Source: Podarcis muralis (taxonomy: Eukaryota). From it: 64,000 nt of DNA. Made by a program: the position numbers and the translations under genes. Below, in pieces: positions 12,299 to 24,183 of the stretch. The stretch covers positions 78,926,001 to 78,990,000 of the forward strand of contig NC_135662.1 in the NCBI RefSeq assembly GCF_964188315.1, in the 5' to 3' direction. Numbering within the stretch: position 1 is the stretch's first letter; every line of letters starts with the position of its first letter. The notes beneath the pieces are model-generated. The model saw nothing but the letters and a program-made list of their open reading frames with translations, was not told the origin of the DNA and searched no databases.

Positions 12299-12366
12299 TA
12301 TATATATATTTGTGTGTGTGTATGTATGTGTGTGTATAGATAGATAGATGATAGATAGATAGATAG
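12299..12366. repeat. (TA)n/(TG)n/(GATA)n compound microsatellite
   Basis: Read directly. Confidence 0.9.
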
Positions 12367-13980
12367 AAGAGAAGAAACCTTGGCTACAGATCATGGTTAG
12401 CAAGGGGGGAGCTTAACCATGGGCAAAGGTTCAGACAACACCCCATGCCAAGCCTTCTCTTAGCTCAGTGTGCCACAGGATTATGAAAAAGACCAGGAAG
12501 CAGTAGAGCAGCTGCAAGCAGTTTTCTCTCTCGCATGCTGGCTATTTCGTTTTAACAGCTAATTTTAGTTGATGCTCTGGTCATTTTGCATTAGTCTAGA
12601 GACAATGTTATTTTGTGTAGCTAGGACATGTCTGCTAGCATTATCTGCCTTTACCGTAAAATTTAGGGCCTGGGATGGGAAAGATTTTAGAGGCCATGTT
12701 AAGTTCTTATGGCATACTTTTAACATAAATCAAATATGTCGTGCTGAATATTTTTAAGAATGGCGGGAAGAAACCTCAATAGATTCCTGAAATTTGTATG
12801 AACTGTGTCAGGAATCTCCCTAAGGACTGCATCTGTGCAAAACATTCTATTTTACTTTATAGCGTTTTTAATTCATTTGCAATTATTTGCTGCTCAATGC
12901 AGTCCAGTGAGTGCACCAGGACGCAGTGCAAAAAATTATTACGCAGTAGTGAAGACTTCAGTGTTTTAACTCAGGGTTACAACAGAAGGCAAGCAGTTAA
13001 CAATGATTGCAAAAATAATATTCACAATAACATGAAACCTTTTTTTTATCACATTATGAATGAGTAAAAAAAATTGGCTCAAGGTCTGTAGCTGGCAAAG
13101 TAAATCTTGCCATGACGAGAGAAGTTGCTGTAGTATGAGAAGCCAACAAGACGTAAATTGTCTGCATATCTGACCAGTTTGCTTCCCCTTTAAGGAGTGG
13201 CTCTAAAAATTTAGTTCAGTTCTCAGAAAAGGTTGGGCAATAAAACAATGCAGCTAGGAAAAACTCTTAAGGAACAACCATAACATTGCATTTGGTGTAG
13301 AAGTGTTAGGAATGGAATTGAGCCTTTTCATTAAGACCCAGCTTTCATTTGCTCAAAGGGACACATTTTAGGTAGCCTGGTCTTTCAAAGACAGGATGCC
13401 TTAAACCAGTATTTAAAGGTTCTAATAATAATCGCAAAAAGGGAAAGTAGGGTACTTCTTATCAAGAGATTTATTAAGGTCCCAGATATTTGCTCCGTAA
13501 GAAAAACATGGTGTAAGTTTTCATTTCAGCACAGCAGAAAACCAGTATTTCTTTTTTTTATTTCTTATCAATGTGTTTTGAATAAGTTATTATTATTTTT
13601 TTAGAACTGCAAGCTGCCTTGAGAGTTCTAACTGAAACAAAGGGTGAAATGTCATGTTTTATGAATGAGCTTTAAATGATGGGCTGTATTCAACATAGCA
13701 CTTACTTAAGTAATTCCATCAGCACAAATGATTTCTGCTAGCATTACAGAATGCACTCCTCTATCCTCCCCCCCACCCAGACCTCACTCCATCTGTTATA
13801 GGGGTTTTCCCAACCCTCTGGCGCAGATTGGAGAAGGGTGATGGGCATAAGGAAAGTGAATATACTGACAACCTAGCTCTATACCCCTCAAGTCAATGCA
13901 GCTGTTGTCTCAATTTCAGTACATCTGGCTATCTAGTTTTGGCTTTCTGTTTCATCTTCCATAAACTTCAGTCTTCTCTC

Positions 13981-14372
13981 ATGTATTTTTCGCTCTATAA
14001 GACGCACCAGGCCATAAGGAGGAAAACAAGAAAAAAAAAAATCTGAATCCTAGAAGGCAGAACAGCAAGAGGGATCTGGCTTCTGGGATAGCCTCTTGCT
14101 GTCCTGGCTTCTGGGATAGCCACACGCAGCCTCTCCCGGGCAGTGGGATGAAGGCTCCCCCTGCCCGGAAGAGGCTGCGCGGGCCTAAGGCAGAAGCCAG
14201 GACAGCAAGCGGGGCACCGTTCTTCCTCCCGCTTTGCAAGAGAGGCGCTTCACTGAAGGGGCGCTGCGCAGCTCTCCCTCTGAGCAGTGCCATTCGCTCC
14301 ATAAGACGCACTCAACATTTCCCCTTACTTTTTAGGAGGGAAAAAGTGTGTCTTATGGAGTGAAAAATACGG
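13981..14372. mobile_element. TcMar-Tc2-like MITE
   Basis: Ends tgtatttttcgctctataagacgcac / gtcttatggagtgaaaaatacgg+TA; relatives at 22425, 53365, 56244, 59432. Confidence 0.75.
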
Positions 14373-15573
14373 TAGGTTGGATGAACTGCACATTTCTTTA
14401 CTGATATATACTTATTGTTGTGGTGTACATTATCTCCTTCTCTTGACTTGGAATAATTAAGAAAGTTCCAGTTTTAGCCTTGCGGTACTGGGGCCAATTG
14501 CTGATTAATAAACATAGCAGCCATGTGAAATAATTCTGCCTGGCGGCTGCCTCCATTTTGAAAACCATGCAGGTGGCATGACTTGCCATTCAGGAAAGCC
14601 TTCTGTCAATTTCCTCCATCCCTCTTTCTTCCCACCCACTCTTGTTGGTGTGAAGGATCAGAATGTGTGCAGCCTATGAATGCTCCCTGTCTCCACCTTC
14701 ATGAAAGGTCAATATATCTAAGCCAATGTACTATACTCTTATGTAAATATAATTGCTACTTATAATACCGAAATTTCAATATTAACTTACAGAACTGAAT
14801 TTCAGCATGAATAACACATGCAAAGACAATCAAGCTGTTATTGCAGAGAAAGCTAATCAGAATAGTTGAATTGTACCTGATTGGAAATAATCAGCAGAAA
14901 ATGTAATAAATATTAACACAGTTTCAGAGATTTACTTAGATTACATCTGATTAACTTTCTTCTTCTTCTTGATAGAGCGCTCAAATGACTAGAAAAAGAG
15001 ATGGGGTGGATGAAAATGTATTTGAGTATTAACAGTTTTACAAAGCAAAGACATAATTTATCGATATCTAGTTATAGTTTGTGTTCTAAAAATAATACAG
15101 TAATGACTCTTTTAAGAAAACTAGTTGAAGCTGTCACAATCTTTTCCCCCTTCAAAACAATTGAAACCAATTGCAACTCTTTTTTTTTAAACAAACTATA
15201 TTATTGGAAAATCCAAACAAAATTAAGTACTCATCAGCCTAATTTATTTAAATAGAGGAGAATTAAGCATATGCTTCTCTTTTTGATCAAAATTAAATGT
15301 GTTCTGTTTTATTTTCATTGCTTTTTCTTCTTCTTAAAACGGAAGATAATACTGTGCACGCCCCTGTCCCATTTTCATCTTTCTTTATATTTTAGCTCAG
15401 CTTCCCCATACTTTACATGCACTGGTCTTCTAGAAAATGTAAAGCCCTCCTCTTACTTACACAAATATTGGTTGCTGAAGAGTTACACTGTATGTTTGGG
15501 ACACGTGCCCAGACAAGTTTTTGTGTGTGTGAATGCAGGATAAATGTGCTACTTCTCCCCAAGAAGGCTGGGT

Positions 15574-15608
15574 ATGAATGAATGAATGAATGAATGAATG
15601 AATGAATG
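15574..15608. repeat. (ATGA)n microsatellite
   Basis: Read directly. Confidence 0.95.
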
Positions 15609-15829
15609 TGCTTACTGGCTTCCTGTTCTGTCTGGTGCCAGGCTATTGTTTCAAAGCACACCCATGGTAAGAAAGTTTGTGTGAAAACACTCCCAGGGTG
15701 AACCCAGCACGGGGAGGGGAAATTAGCGTGAAATAGCTAAAAAGCCCTATTTATTTGTGCTGGATATTAATGGAATAATATTTAATCTTAAAACATTTAA
15801 AAACAAGTGCCTTGTGCTTTTGTCAGTTT

Positions 15830-16200
15830 AAACCAGTGTCTCCTGAAGGAGTGTCTCCACCCCCATCCTTCTGCCCGGACACTGAGGTCCAGTGCCAAGG
15901 GCCTTCTGGCAGTTCCCTCGCTGCAAGAAGCCAAGTTACAGGGAACCAGGCAGAGGACCTTCTTGGTAGTGGCACCCGCCCTGTGGAACGCCCTCCCACC
16001 AGATATCAAAGAGATTAACAACTACCAGATATTTAGAAGACATCTGAAGGCAGCCCTGTTTAGGGAAGCTTTTAATGTTAATAGACTATCATATTTTAAT
16101 ATTCTGTTGGAAGCTGCCCAGAGTGGCTGGGGGAACCCAGCCAGATGGGCGGGGTATAAATAATAAATTATTATTATTACTGCTACTACTACTACTATTA
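15830..16200 (+). mobile_element. L2-clade LINE, 3' fragment
   Basis: Translates ...RTLRSS...RTFLVVAPALWNALPPDIK...FRRHLKAALFREAF (L2 ORF2 C-terminal motif); 3' end gggcggggtataaataataaatt(att)n. Confidence 0.8.
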
Positions 16201-16692
16201 TATCTGCACTCATGAAAGTGTGAGGTTTGCTGCTTCTTTTCTCCCTCTCCAGTTAGGTAGGATCCTGCCTCCACGCTTTCTCTCACAGGAAATGAAAGTT
16301 CAGTGTATAATAATTCTGAACGTAGGCTTCTCTCCTCTCCTCAAGTGGCTACAACCAGTTGAAAATATAGAACTATTTCACATACACCCTTGTTCTGTAA
16401 TTATGCAACAATTACTGATAGGGAACCTGCTGTAACAATTACCTGAAGTGACAGAACGATGGGATATTTTGTTCCAGAAACTGAAATGCACTGTTATTTG
16501 CTTGATAACCCATTACTCTAGCTCAGGTGGCACATGAAAATATTTTCCTGGTCAGCCCATTTTCCTTAAGATGCATTTGTGTTGCACTCTTTTGTTTTCC
16601 TATTGCTGATCCTCAAGATTCCAACACAGAAAACATGACTCCTGGTGTAGACATGATTGTTAGTCATTTCTGTATATATTTCCTGGTTCTAA

Positions 16693-16949
16693 GGAGAGCC
16701 AGTGTGGTGTAGTGGTTAAGAGCGGTAGTCTCGTAATCTGGGGAACCGGGTTCGCGTCTCCGCTCCTCCGCATGCAGCTGCTGGGTGACCTTGGGCCAGT
16801 CACACTTCTCTGAAGTCTCTCAGCCCCACTCACCTCACAGAGTGTTTGTTGTGGGGGAGGAAGGGAAAGGAGAATGTTAGCCGCTTTGAGACTCCTTAAA
16901 GGGGGTGAAAGGCGGGATATCAAATCCAAACTCTTCTTCTTCTTCTTCT
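16693..16949 (+). mobile_element. tRNA-derived SINE, Squam2/Anolis-SINE2-like
   Basis: Head ggagagccagtgtggtgtagtggttaagagc...ccgggttcg; core gctgggtgaccttgggccagtcac; (ctt)n tail; short TSD ttctaa. Confidence 0.8.
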
Positions 16950-17047
16950 AAAATCCAACACCATTTTTCTACTTTGATGTAAGTTCACACTGAAGAAAGC
17001 ACTGGGCAGGAGATTTATCAAGAAAGCAATTTATTTAAAACCAAGTT

Positions 17048-17663
17048 GGGTCATTCCATATCAAGTGGTCAAATTTTTCTACCTCATGTCATCCAATTTT
17101 CTTAATATTTTGTACACTTGTTGAATGACTTGATTGATATTATTGTTTGTAGCTAATGGGCATTACAATACAATATGAATACAAATTGCACAGCTGCAAA
17201 ACAAAACTGTATGTACAAAATATATGTGATCCCATTGAGATCCCAAGATGAAATTTTGCAGGTAGCTTTTAGAAATATTACATAATCAATACAATTTTGG
17301 AAAATTTTTAATCATTAATTTTTTAATCACTTTTAAAAATTTTGTAACTTAAATTTAAAAATTAAAGTAGGTCCATCATGTGACATATAATATTAAACCC
17401 CATGAAGTCCTGAAGAGATTGGTGTTTTTATTTTTGACATATCTCAATTCTGGACTGAGCTTTTAAGGCTTTTGTGTAGTCCAGCAAGGCCAAAATTGTC
17501 AATTTTTTAAAATTTCAGACCCTCATAACTCACAAACAGGATGAGATAAAAAAAAAGTTTAAATTCAAACTTAGTTTTGATCATTCAACAAATGTACAGA
17601 ATATTAAGAAAATTGGATGACATAAGGTAAAAAAAAGTTGGATCACTTGATATGGAATGACCC
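17048..17663. mobile_element. 616-bp non-autonomous DNA transposon with ~83-bp TIRs, Sola2-like
   Basis: 17048-17128 and 17581-17663 are reverse complements (gggtcattccatatcaagtg...gttgaatga, ~8 differences); 4-bp TSD agtt (17044-17047, 17664-17667). Confidence 0.75.
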
Positions 17664-18985
17664 AGTTGCATGTGAGCCTTGTAGCCTGGGTTAGTTACGC
17701 TGAAAGTTGCTCTAAAAACTGGAGGACATGGTATTATGGGCTGGTGTCAGAAAAGAGAGAACCCTGGTTTTAATTCTACAAAATATCGAAGGTCACATCG
17801 CATAAATGTTTTCATTCATAAACGTATAGTAAAATGCTTTGCTCTTTCTTGCCTCTTTGCTGCAAACCCTGCTTCATTCATAATAGCTGTACTTCATGCT
17901 CCTTCCAGGCTGTGGGATCATGAATCCCAGGGCCATGTTCTCAAACAAATGAAGGGCAGAGCCAATGTGTCTTAGTCAGTTCACTCCAACAAACAAGTGT
18001 GTATCTTAGAATGTGCCCCGAAGATTCTGGAGTACATTCCAGGACACAATCTCTGCTGAACTGCTCTTAGTGCTGGCAGGTAAGTCAACTCTGGGAACAA
18101 TATTCATCTGCCATCTCAGTTGTTGCCGTGTTGCTAATGAAGAATCATAGAGTAGGACTTGCTGACTACTGGAGCATTGGTTGGGATGAAAACCATGGAG
18201 GTAAGGGGGAGGGAATCCAGGGCCCAGCCTCTTGCTCACCTCAGGGCAATGGAGGGCCTCCATAAAGGACTTTGGGCCATTTAGCTGGAGGGAGAACGTT
18301 GGCCTGCATAACGGGGGTCTGTGGAGACAAACAGCCACAAAAATGGAATCCTAGACTTATATTCTCTGTTGTCGTTTAGTGCTAACTTGAGTGTGCCATA
18401 TTTCTCCTTGATTCTGGCACTCAAATTTTAAAGTGGTATCTACCAGGCTGAGTTTTATTGATGGTATTTGAACATAAAAGTAGGGTTGGTGCTGTATCGC
18501 AACACTGATACATTTCAAGGCAATTAGATGGCGCCCAGGAGTTTTTAGAGTATAACCACTCTCAGGTGAATAACCGCTCCAAAGCTGGAAACAAGAAGAG
18601 ATGCAGGGAAAATGCTACCATTCTTGAACATTTGTATGTGTTACACATTGTGCTTTTCATCAGTTGTGGGGTTGGTGGAGTCATCGCTTTGACGTAAGAA
18701 TTGTAAAAGCATTTTTATTTTAAACAAGACTTGCGTTCCCTTCCCAAAGCTCTACCTTGTGTGTTAACCCAATTTTAAAAGTTCTCTGAGATCATGATAA
18801 AAGATCATAACATGTGTGTTTTTCTTTTGAAAAGAGCATAGAGGAGATTCATTCACATATATAAACCTATCACAGCCAATGATCTTTTTAAAAAACAACA
18901 ACAACAACAAATAAACTGTAGCATGTCCATTGCCAGGAACAAGTAGTGGAATGAGAAGATGGTGACCACTGTTGCTTTATCCTAG

Positions 18986-19103
18986 GAATGTCAGCTCTGC
19001 TGGAGAAGAAGCCCGCAGAAGAATGAGAGAGTGTGATGGACTTACGGATGCATTGCTGTACGTGATTCAGTCTGCTCTAGGGAGCAGTGAAATTGATAGC
19101 AAG
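18986..19103 (+). CDS. CTNND2: Delta-catenin coding exon, ~exon 13
   Basis: cctag|G AAT GTC...AGC AAG|gtttgc, 118 bp. Encodes [39 protein letters not shown]; phase matches the previous exon (AG|G = Arg). Confidence 0.97.
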
Positions 19104-20029
19104 GTTTGCCATCTTTGTTTTTATAGAAACAGTACTCTGAAGGGGGGGGGACCTCACATTAACAGAGGCACATCATACATCCTTCAGGTTGTAAGAATTA
19201 AATTTCAGGATCCTTTGCCTTTAAGGAAAGCCTGCACTTACTATATGCTCATGTGAGATATATGTCTGTCATTCTCTCAAATTCAGCCATAGTAGTGGCA
19301 ACAGGTACTTAGCAGTTAAGCCAGAGGCTCAGACTTTGGGCCTTGCAAAGCCAAAAGGGTCTTCATGCACAGTGTGGGTATAAAAGGAGAACCTCTGGGA
19401 AACAGAGGTGAACCGCCCTGACATCTTTCGAGGAAAGGCAGAATATAAATCTAATAAATAAATAAGCAGCATAAGAAGATATACTCGATGTGCTGGACCT
19501 TGAATTGTCTCAATGAAGGTAAGCTACCTTGTCTGCCTGCCGCAGTCTCTGCAAGAGCTAATATATCGGGATAGGGGGGTGAGTTGTGTGCTTTTGTGGA
19601 GATTTTGTTTGATGATTTTTACAACTTAAATGTAGAGTTTAATTAATGAATGACAACGGAGCTTGAATTATAGAGATGGCCATTACTTTTGTTGATGTGT
19701 GTTAAAACTGTTTGATGGACGTTAATTCTTCTGATCACTGGGTACAGGTGTCAATGTTGCCTTTGTTTGGTTTTCCTTGTTTATATTTTCTTAGCCTTCG
19801 ATATGATACTGTTTTGGATACAGTCAATATTTATGGTTGTTCCCATAATTTTTAAAAAATCGCCATGTGGGTTGGAAGGCGGAGGAATAACTTAGCTGAA
19901 ACAAAATGCTGCATATTCCTTTTTCTGTAAAATGGCAAGTGTTTCTGTAGGGCTTTATTTAAATTCTTCATACAGATAAACTAAGGTAAATTGGCAAAGC
20001 CTAATACTTACTCCCACGGGAACACCAGA

Positions 20030-20196
20030 AGCTTCCGAGTTTGGTCCATCTAGCATGGCATTGTCAACACAGACTGGCAGCAGCTGTCCAGGGTTTCAGG
20101 CAGGGGGAATTCCCAGCCCTCCTTGGAGATTCTGGGAGTTGAAGCAAGGACCTTTTGTAACCAGAATAGATGCTCCACCAATGAGCTGCAGCCCTT
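20030..20196 (-). mobile_element. Squam3-like SINE, degenerate
   Basis: Reverse complement resembles 2849-3034 (aagggctgcagctcattggtggagcatct...cctgaaaccctggacagctgctgccagtc). Confidence 0.65.
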
Positions 20197-20408
20197 GCTG
20201 AACTTAGTCGAAATTGGAATAATTTGGTGAAAATGTTAACAGCTTTGTTTTGTCAGCATCATAACTTCATGCCCCCTCTAGGTTATAATCTGCCTTGACT
20301 CCGTATTTAAGTATGGCATACTCAACGTCCCTACACTCACATGACTCAATACATGAGCTTTATATCTCACCTGGACCCAAATTTTGAGGGATAACTCGTT
20401 TCAATATA

Positions 20409-20608
20409 CAGTCATACCTTGGGTTGAATGTGCTTTGGGAGGAGCGAGTTTGAGTTGCGCTCCACGGCAACCCGGAAGTAACGGAGCGCGTTACTTCCGG
20501 GTTTCGCCACTTGCGCATGCGCAGACGCTCAAAATGACGTCACGCGCATGCGCAGAAGAGCCGAAATGTGACACGCGCGGATCCCGTTCGCATCTAGAGG
20601 TACCACTG
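20409..20608. mobile_element. Tigger-like MITE, family B
   Basis: cagtcatacctt...gaggtaccactg; TA flanks; CpG-rich core. Confidence 0.8.
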
Positions 20609-20786
20609 TACTCATAAACATCACATGTAGATGTGACAATGAATGTGAGCAGAGGGTAGGATGACATGGTGTGCAGTCCCACCATGCATGTATCGCTGGC
20701 AGGTCTGAAGACATGACCTTTTACACCAGATCAGCAGGTGTAAAAGTATTAGTTAGCACTTGAAATAACATCTGCATTAAGCAGTA

Positions 20787-21026
20787 CAGTGGAACCTCGG
20801 TTTTCAAGCACCTCGGAAGTTGAACGTTTCAGCTTTCAAACGCTGAAAACCTGAAGTAACTGCTTCGGTTTTTGAATGCTTTTCGGAAGCCGAACGTGCC
20901 ACATAACTTCCGTTTTGAGTTTCCCTATTGTATTGAAGCTTCTGTATTGAGTTTTTAGTTTTCGAACGTTTTGGAAGTCGAATGGTCTTCCGGACCGGAT
21001 TACATTCGAAAAACGAGGTTCCATTT
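20787..21026. mobile_element. Tigger-like MITE, related to family A
   Basis: cagtggaacctcggtttt...aaaacgaggttccatt; interior shares ttttggaagccgaac/ttttggaagtc motifs with the 5696 copy. Confidence 0.7.
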
Positions 21027-21483
21027 TATCTGATAGTTAAATCATGGTTGCATGACAAGAAGGAAGAGCTTGTTTTACAGATATGAAGTTTATCTTAGTT
21101 TATTTGTATGAAGAACTTAAATATAAGTGTGTGACACTTTTCTTTCCCACAGCAAAGCTGCCAATATTAAATTTCAGCACCCTGGCTTAAGAGTGAAGAC
21201 AGCAAAGCGCTAGCTGTGGCTAGCATCCTTTTCCAGAATATTTTGCACTTCACATGTGTGTGAAGGACTGCTTCTTTTCACCTTCTGAACTTTTCAGATT
21301 GCTAGGAAAAGCAAAACTGGCCCTTGTGTTTGAGTACACTTGGCAGCAAAAAGCAGCACATCCTGAGCTGAAGCATCTTTGTTCTGTGAAATTTTATATG
21401 AATGGCCCAGTAATTGATGTGTGTGCAGATTACGGTATGTCATATAATAGCCTAAAATCAATTAGTGAGTAGTAAAACAATGA

Positions 21484-21837
21484 GGGACACAGGTGGCACT
21501 GTGGGTTAAACCACAGAGCCTAGGACTTGCCGATCAGAAGGTCGGTGGTTCAAATCCCCGCAACGGGGTGAACTCCCGTTGTTCGGTCCCTGCTCCTGCC
21601 AACCTAGCAGTTCAAAAGCATGTCAAAGTGCAAGTAGATAAATAGGTACCACTCCTGCGGGAAGGTAAACGGCGTTTCCGTGCGCTGCTCTTGTTCGCCA
21701 GAAGCGGCTTAGTCATGCTGGCCACATGACCCAGAAGCTGTATGCCGGCTCCCTCGGCCAATAAAGCGAGATGAGCGTCGCAACCCCAGAGTCAGTCATG
21801 ACTGGACCTAATGGTCAGGGGTCCCTTTACCTTTACC
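21484..21837 (+). mobile_element. Sauria SINE, full length
   Basis: gggacacaggtggcactgtgggttaaacc...gtccctttacctttacc; TSD-like taaaacaa (21473-21480, 21838-21845). Confidence 0.92.
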
Positions 21838-22407
21838 TAAAACAACTCTAATCTGCCAGGTTATCATTGTAGTCAGGAACGCAATTCATGCAAAGCCGTT
21901 TCTGCCTGCCCTCTCCCCCCAACAAAACTCCTTCTTCCTGCTGTCTCCATGAGCTGCATAAAAGCTGAATCGGTAGCTGCATATCAAAGCTTCTTGAATC
22001 ACCTTGGCAAACAGAAAATGAGGCGTTGAAATGCTTCAGAACTGGATCTTCTGAACTCGTTGGGATCAACGAAATCCATGCTATTTCCTTACCAGGCACC
22101 CAAGAGTAGGAAAGAATTCTAAACCTTAGCAGAGTCTTCTGTTCTTAAGAAGATTCCTTTTTTGGGGGGTAAATGAAGAAGAGTGTTCTATTGTATAAAA
22201 CTGTAAACGAGGTAAACTAGAGTCCCAGTTCCAGCTGCACACAGGAGAGAACAGAATGCCTGGCACATTAATTCATAGCATTTAGAAGAATAAGGGAGAA
22301 GGGAGTCTTCAGAACCTGTTTGGATCAATGAAATCCATAGTTTTCTGTACACTGCTTTGCAGTTAAGCGGCATATAAATTGTTTAAAGAAGATAAAATAA
22401 GTAAGTA

Positions 22408-22841
22408 CTGTATTGCCTGAAATACCGTAATTTTTGCTCTATAAGACTCACTTTTTCCCTCCTAAAAAGTAAGGGGAAATGTGTGTGCGTCTTATGCAGC
22501 GAATGCAGGCTGTGCAGCGATCCCTCTTGCTGTTCTGGCTTCTGAGATTCAGAATATTTTCTTGTTGTTTTCCTCCTCCAAAAACTAGGTTCGTCTTGTG
22601 GTCTGGTGCGTCTTATGGAGCGAAAAATACGGTATATGCCGCACCCAGATATAAGACATACATGGGGAGGAGAGAAAATACCCGAATATAAGCCACTCCC
22701 TTAAAATTCCGCAGGCACTCACACCCATTCTGTTTTACCGTGTGTCTGTTTCAGCAGAGATATCGTAAAAGCCAGTTTTTGTAAGGTCGTGAATTTAAGC
22801 CGCCCTTTTAAAAAGTGAGGCTTATATTCAGGCCAATACGG
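22408..22841. mobile_element. Tc2-like MITE interrupted by a nested Tc2-like MITE (22425-22632)
   Basis: Outer ends ctgtattgcctgaaata / cttatattcaggccaatacgg; inner ends ccgtaatttttgctctataag / cttatggagcgaaaaatacgg inserted at a TA. Confidence 0.7.
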
Positions 22842-23513
22842 TAATATCAGGGCCTAATAATCGGTGTCTATTGCTTCAAAATACAGTTTAAGTTTTGTTT
22901 CTGTGTTTTTTTAAAACATAACAGCTCAGAAAATGGGGCTGCAGCTGACATACTGAAACGCGGTACTACTGTTGCGAACGAACTTATTATTCCTGTGAAG
23001 CAGCATGGGCATTGATAGTGCCATCTACTTCCTCCTCTAAAGCTAATATTATCGCAGACATCTAAGAACCAATGTACACACACTGGACACATGTGGACCT
23101 TTCTCAAACAGCTTCATGACTTATGAAGCCCTGTATGAGCCCTACAGACCATGCCTCCCTCAGTCCTCCCTCCCTTCCACCAAGCACCAGCTTCAGCACA
23201 CAGCTCTAGCTTATTAGCCAACATTAAACCAGAATTTCCTGGTTGCAGCCAAGATCTCCACACATAAAACCGAGTGCAGCAGGAAGTGTGGAGTGACGGA
23301 GGAGGAGTATGCATCTACTGTGGTCTCCCATGGCATCATAAACCACGATGATCTAAGTATCATTAGCATAGAGGTGGTATGGAAAGCCAGATTAGAGAGG
23401 ACCAAAAGAAGAGAGTTAGATGAGAGAAAGTCGAGGCAAGTTGAAGCAAGAAGCCATCAAGAGCTCTATTTATTTTTTTCAAAATAGGTAAGGCGATGGC
23501 AGGTTTGAATGTA

Positions 23514-23901
23514 CAGTGGTACCTCAGGTACTTAATTCGTTCCGGAGGTCTGTGCCAGATGGCAAATGGATGGGGCCTCTCCCCCATGTTTTAGATAGTT
23601 AGAAGGACAAAGGCTGAGTTTGATGTGAACCCCTCCTTCATAGGCTCAGGTTGTATATACAGTGGTACCTCGGGTTACGTACTTAATTCGTTCCGGAGGT
23701 CCGTTCTTAACCTGAAACTGTTCTTTACCTGAAGCACCACTTTAGCTAATGGGGCCTCCTGCTGCCGCCGTGTCACCGGAGCACAATTTCTGTTCTTATC
23801 CTGAAGCAAAGTTCTTAACCTGAAGCACTATTTCTGGCTTAGTGGAATGTGTAACCCGAAGCGTATGTAACCTGAAGCGTATGTAACCCGAGGTACCACT
23901 G
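23514..23901. mobile_element. Composite family D MITE containing a 111-bp copy of the 40713-40822 flank
   Basis: TA + partial TIR (23514-23550), captured segment (23549-23659), complete MITE (23660-23901) + TA. Confidence 0.8.
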
Positions 23902-23931
23902 TAGTAAGGAAAGAACCAGAGGAACAAGATA

Positions 23932-24183
23932 CAGTCATAACCTCGGGATAAATATGTTGAGCACTTTTGGGTTGCACTCCATGGCGACCCGGAAGTAACG
24001 GAGCACGTTACTTCTGGGTTTTGCCGCTCGCGCATGTGCATACGGTCAAAATGATGTCACGTGCATGCACGGAGCGGAAGCAGCGACCCGCGCACACGCA
24101 GACGCGCTATCGCGTCTTACGTTCTGTTCGGGATGCGAACAGGGCTCCGGAACGGATCCCGTTTGCATCCCGAGGTACCACTG
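23932..24183. mobile_element. Tigger-like MITE, family B
   Basis: cagtcataacctcggg...cccgaggtaccactg; TA flanks. Confidence 0.8.

Noticed and set aside
22048-22339. Diverged ~33-bp direct repeat (22048-22080 vs 22307-22339)
   Set aside because: Short, ~80% identical, no defined boundaries; probably an old local duplication.
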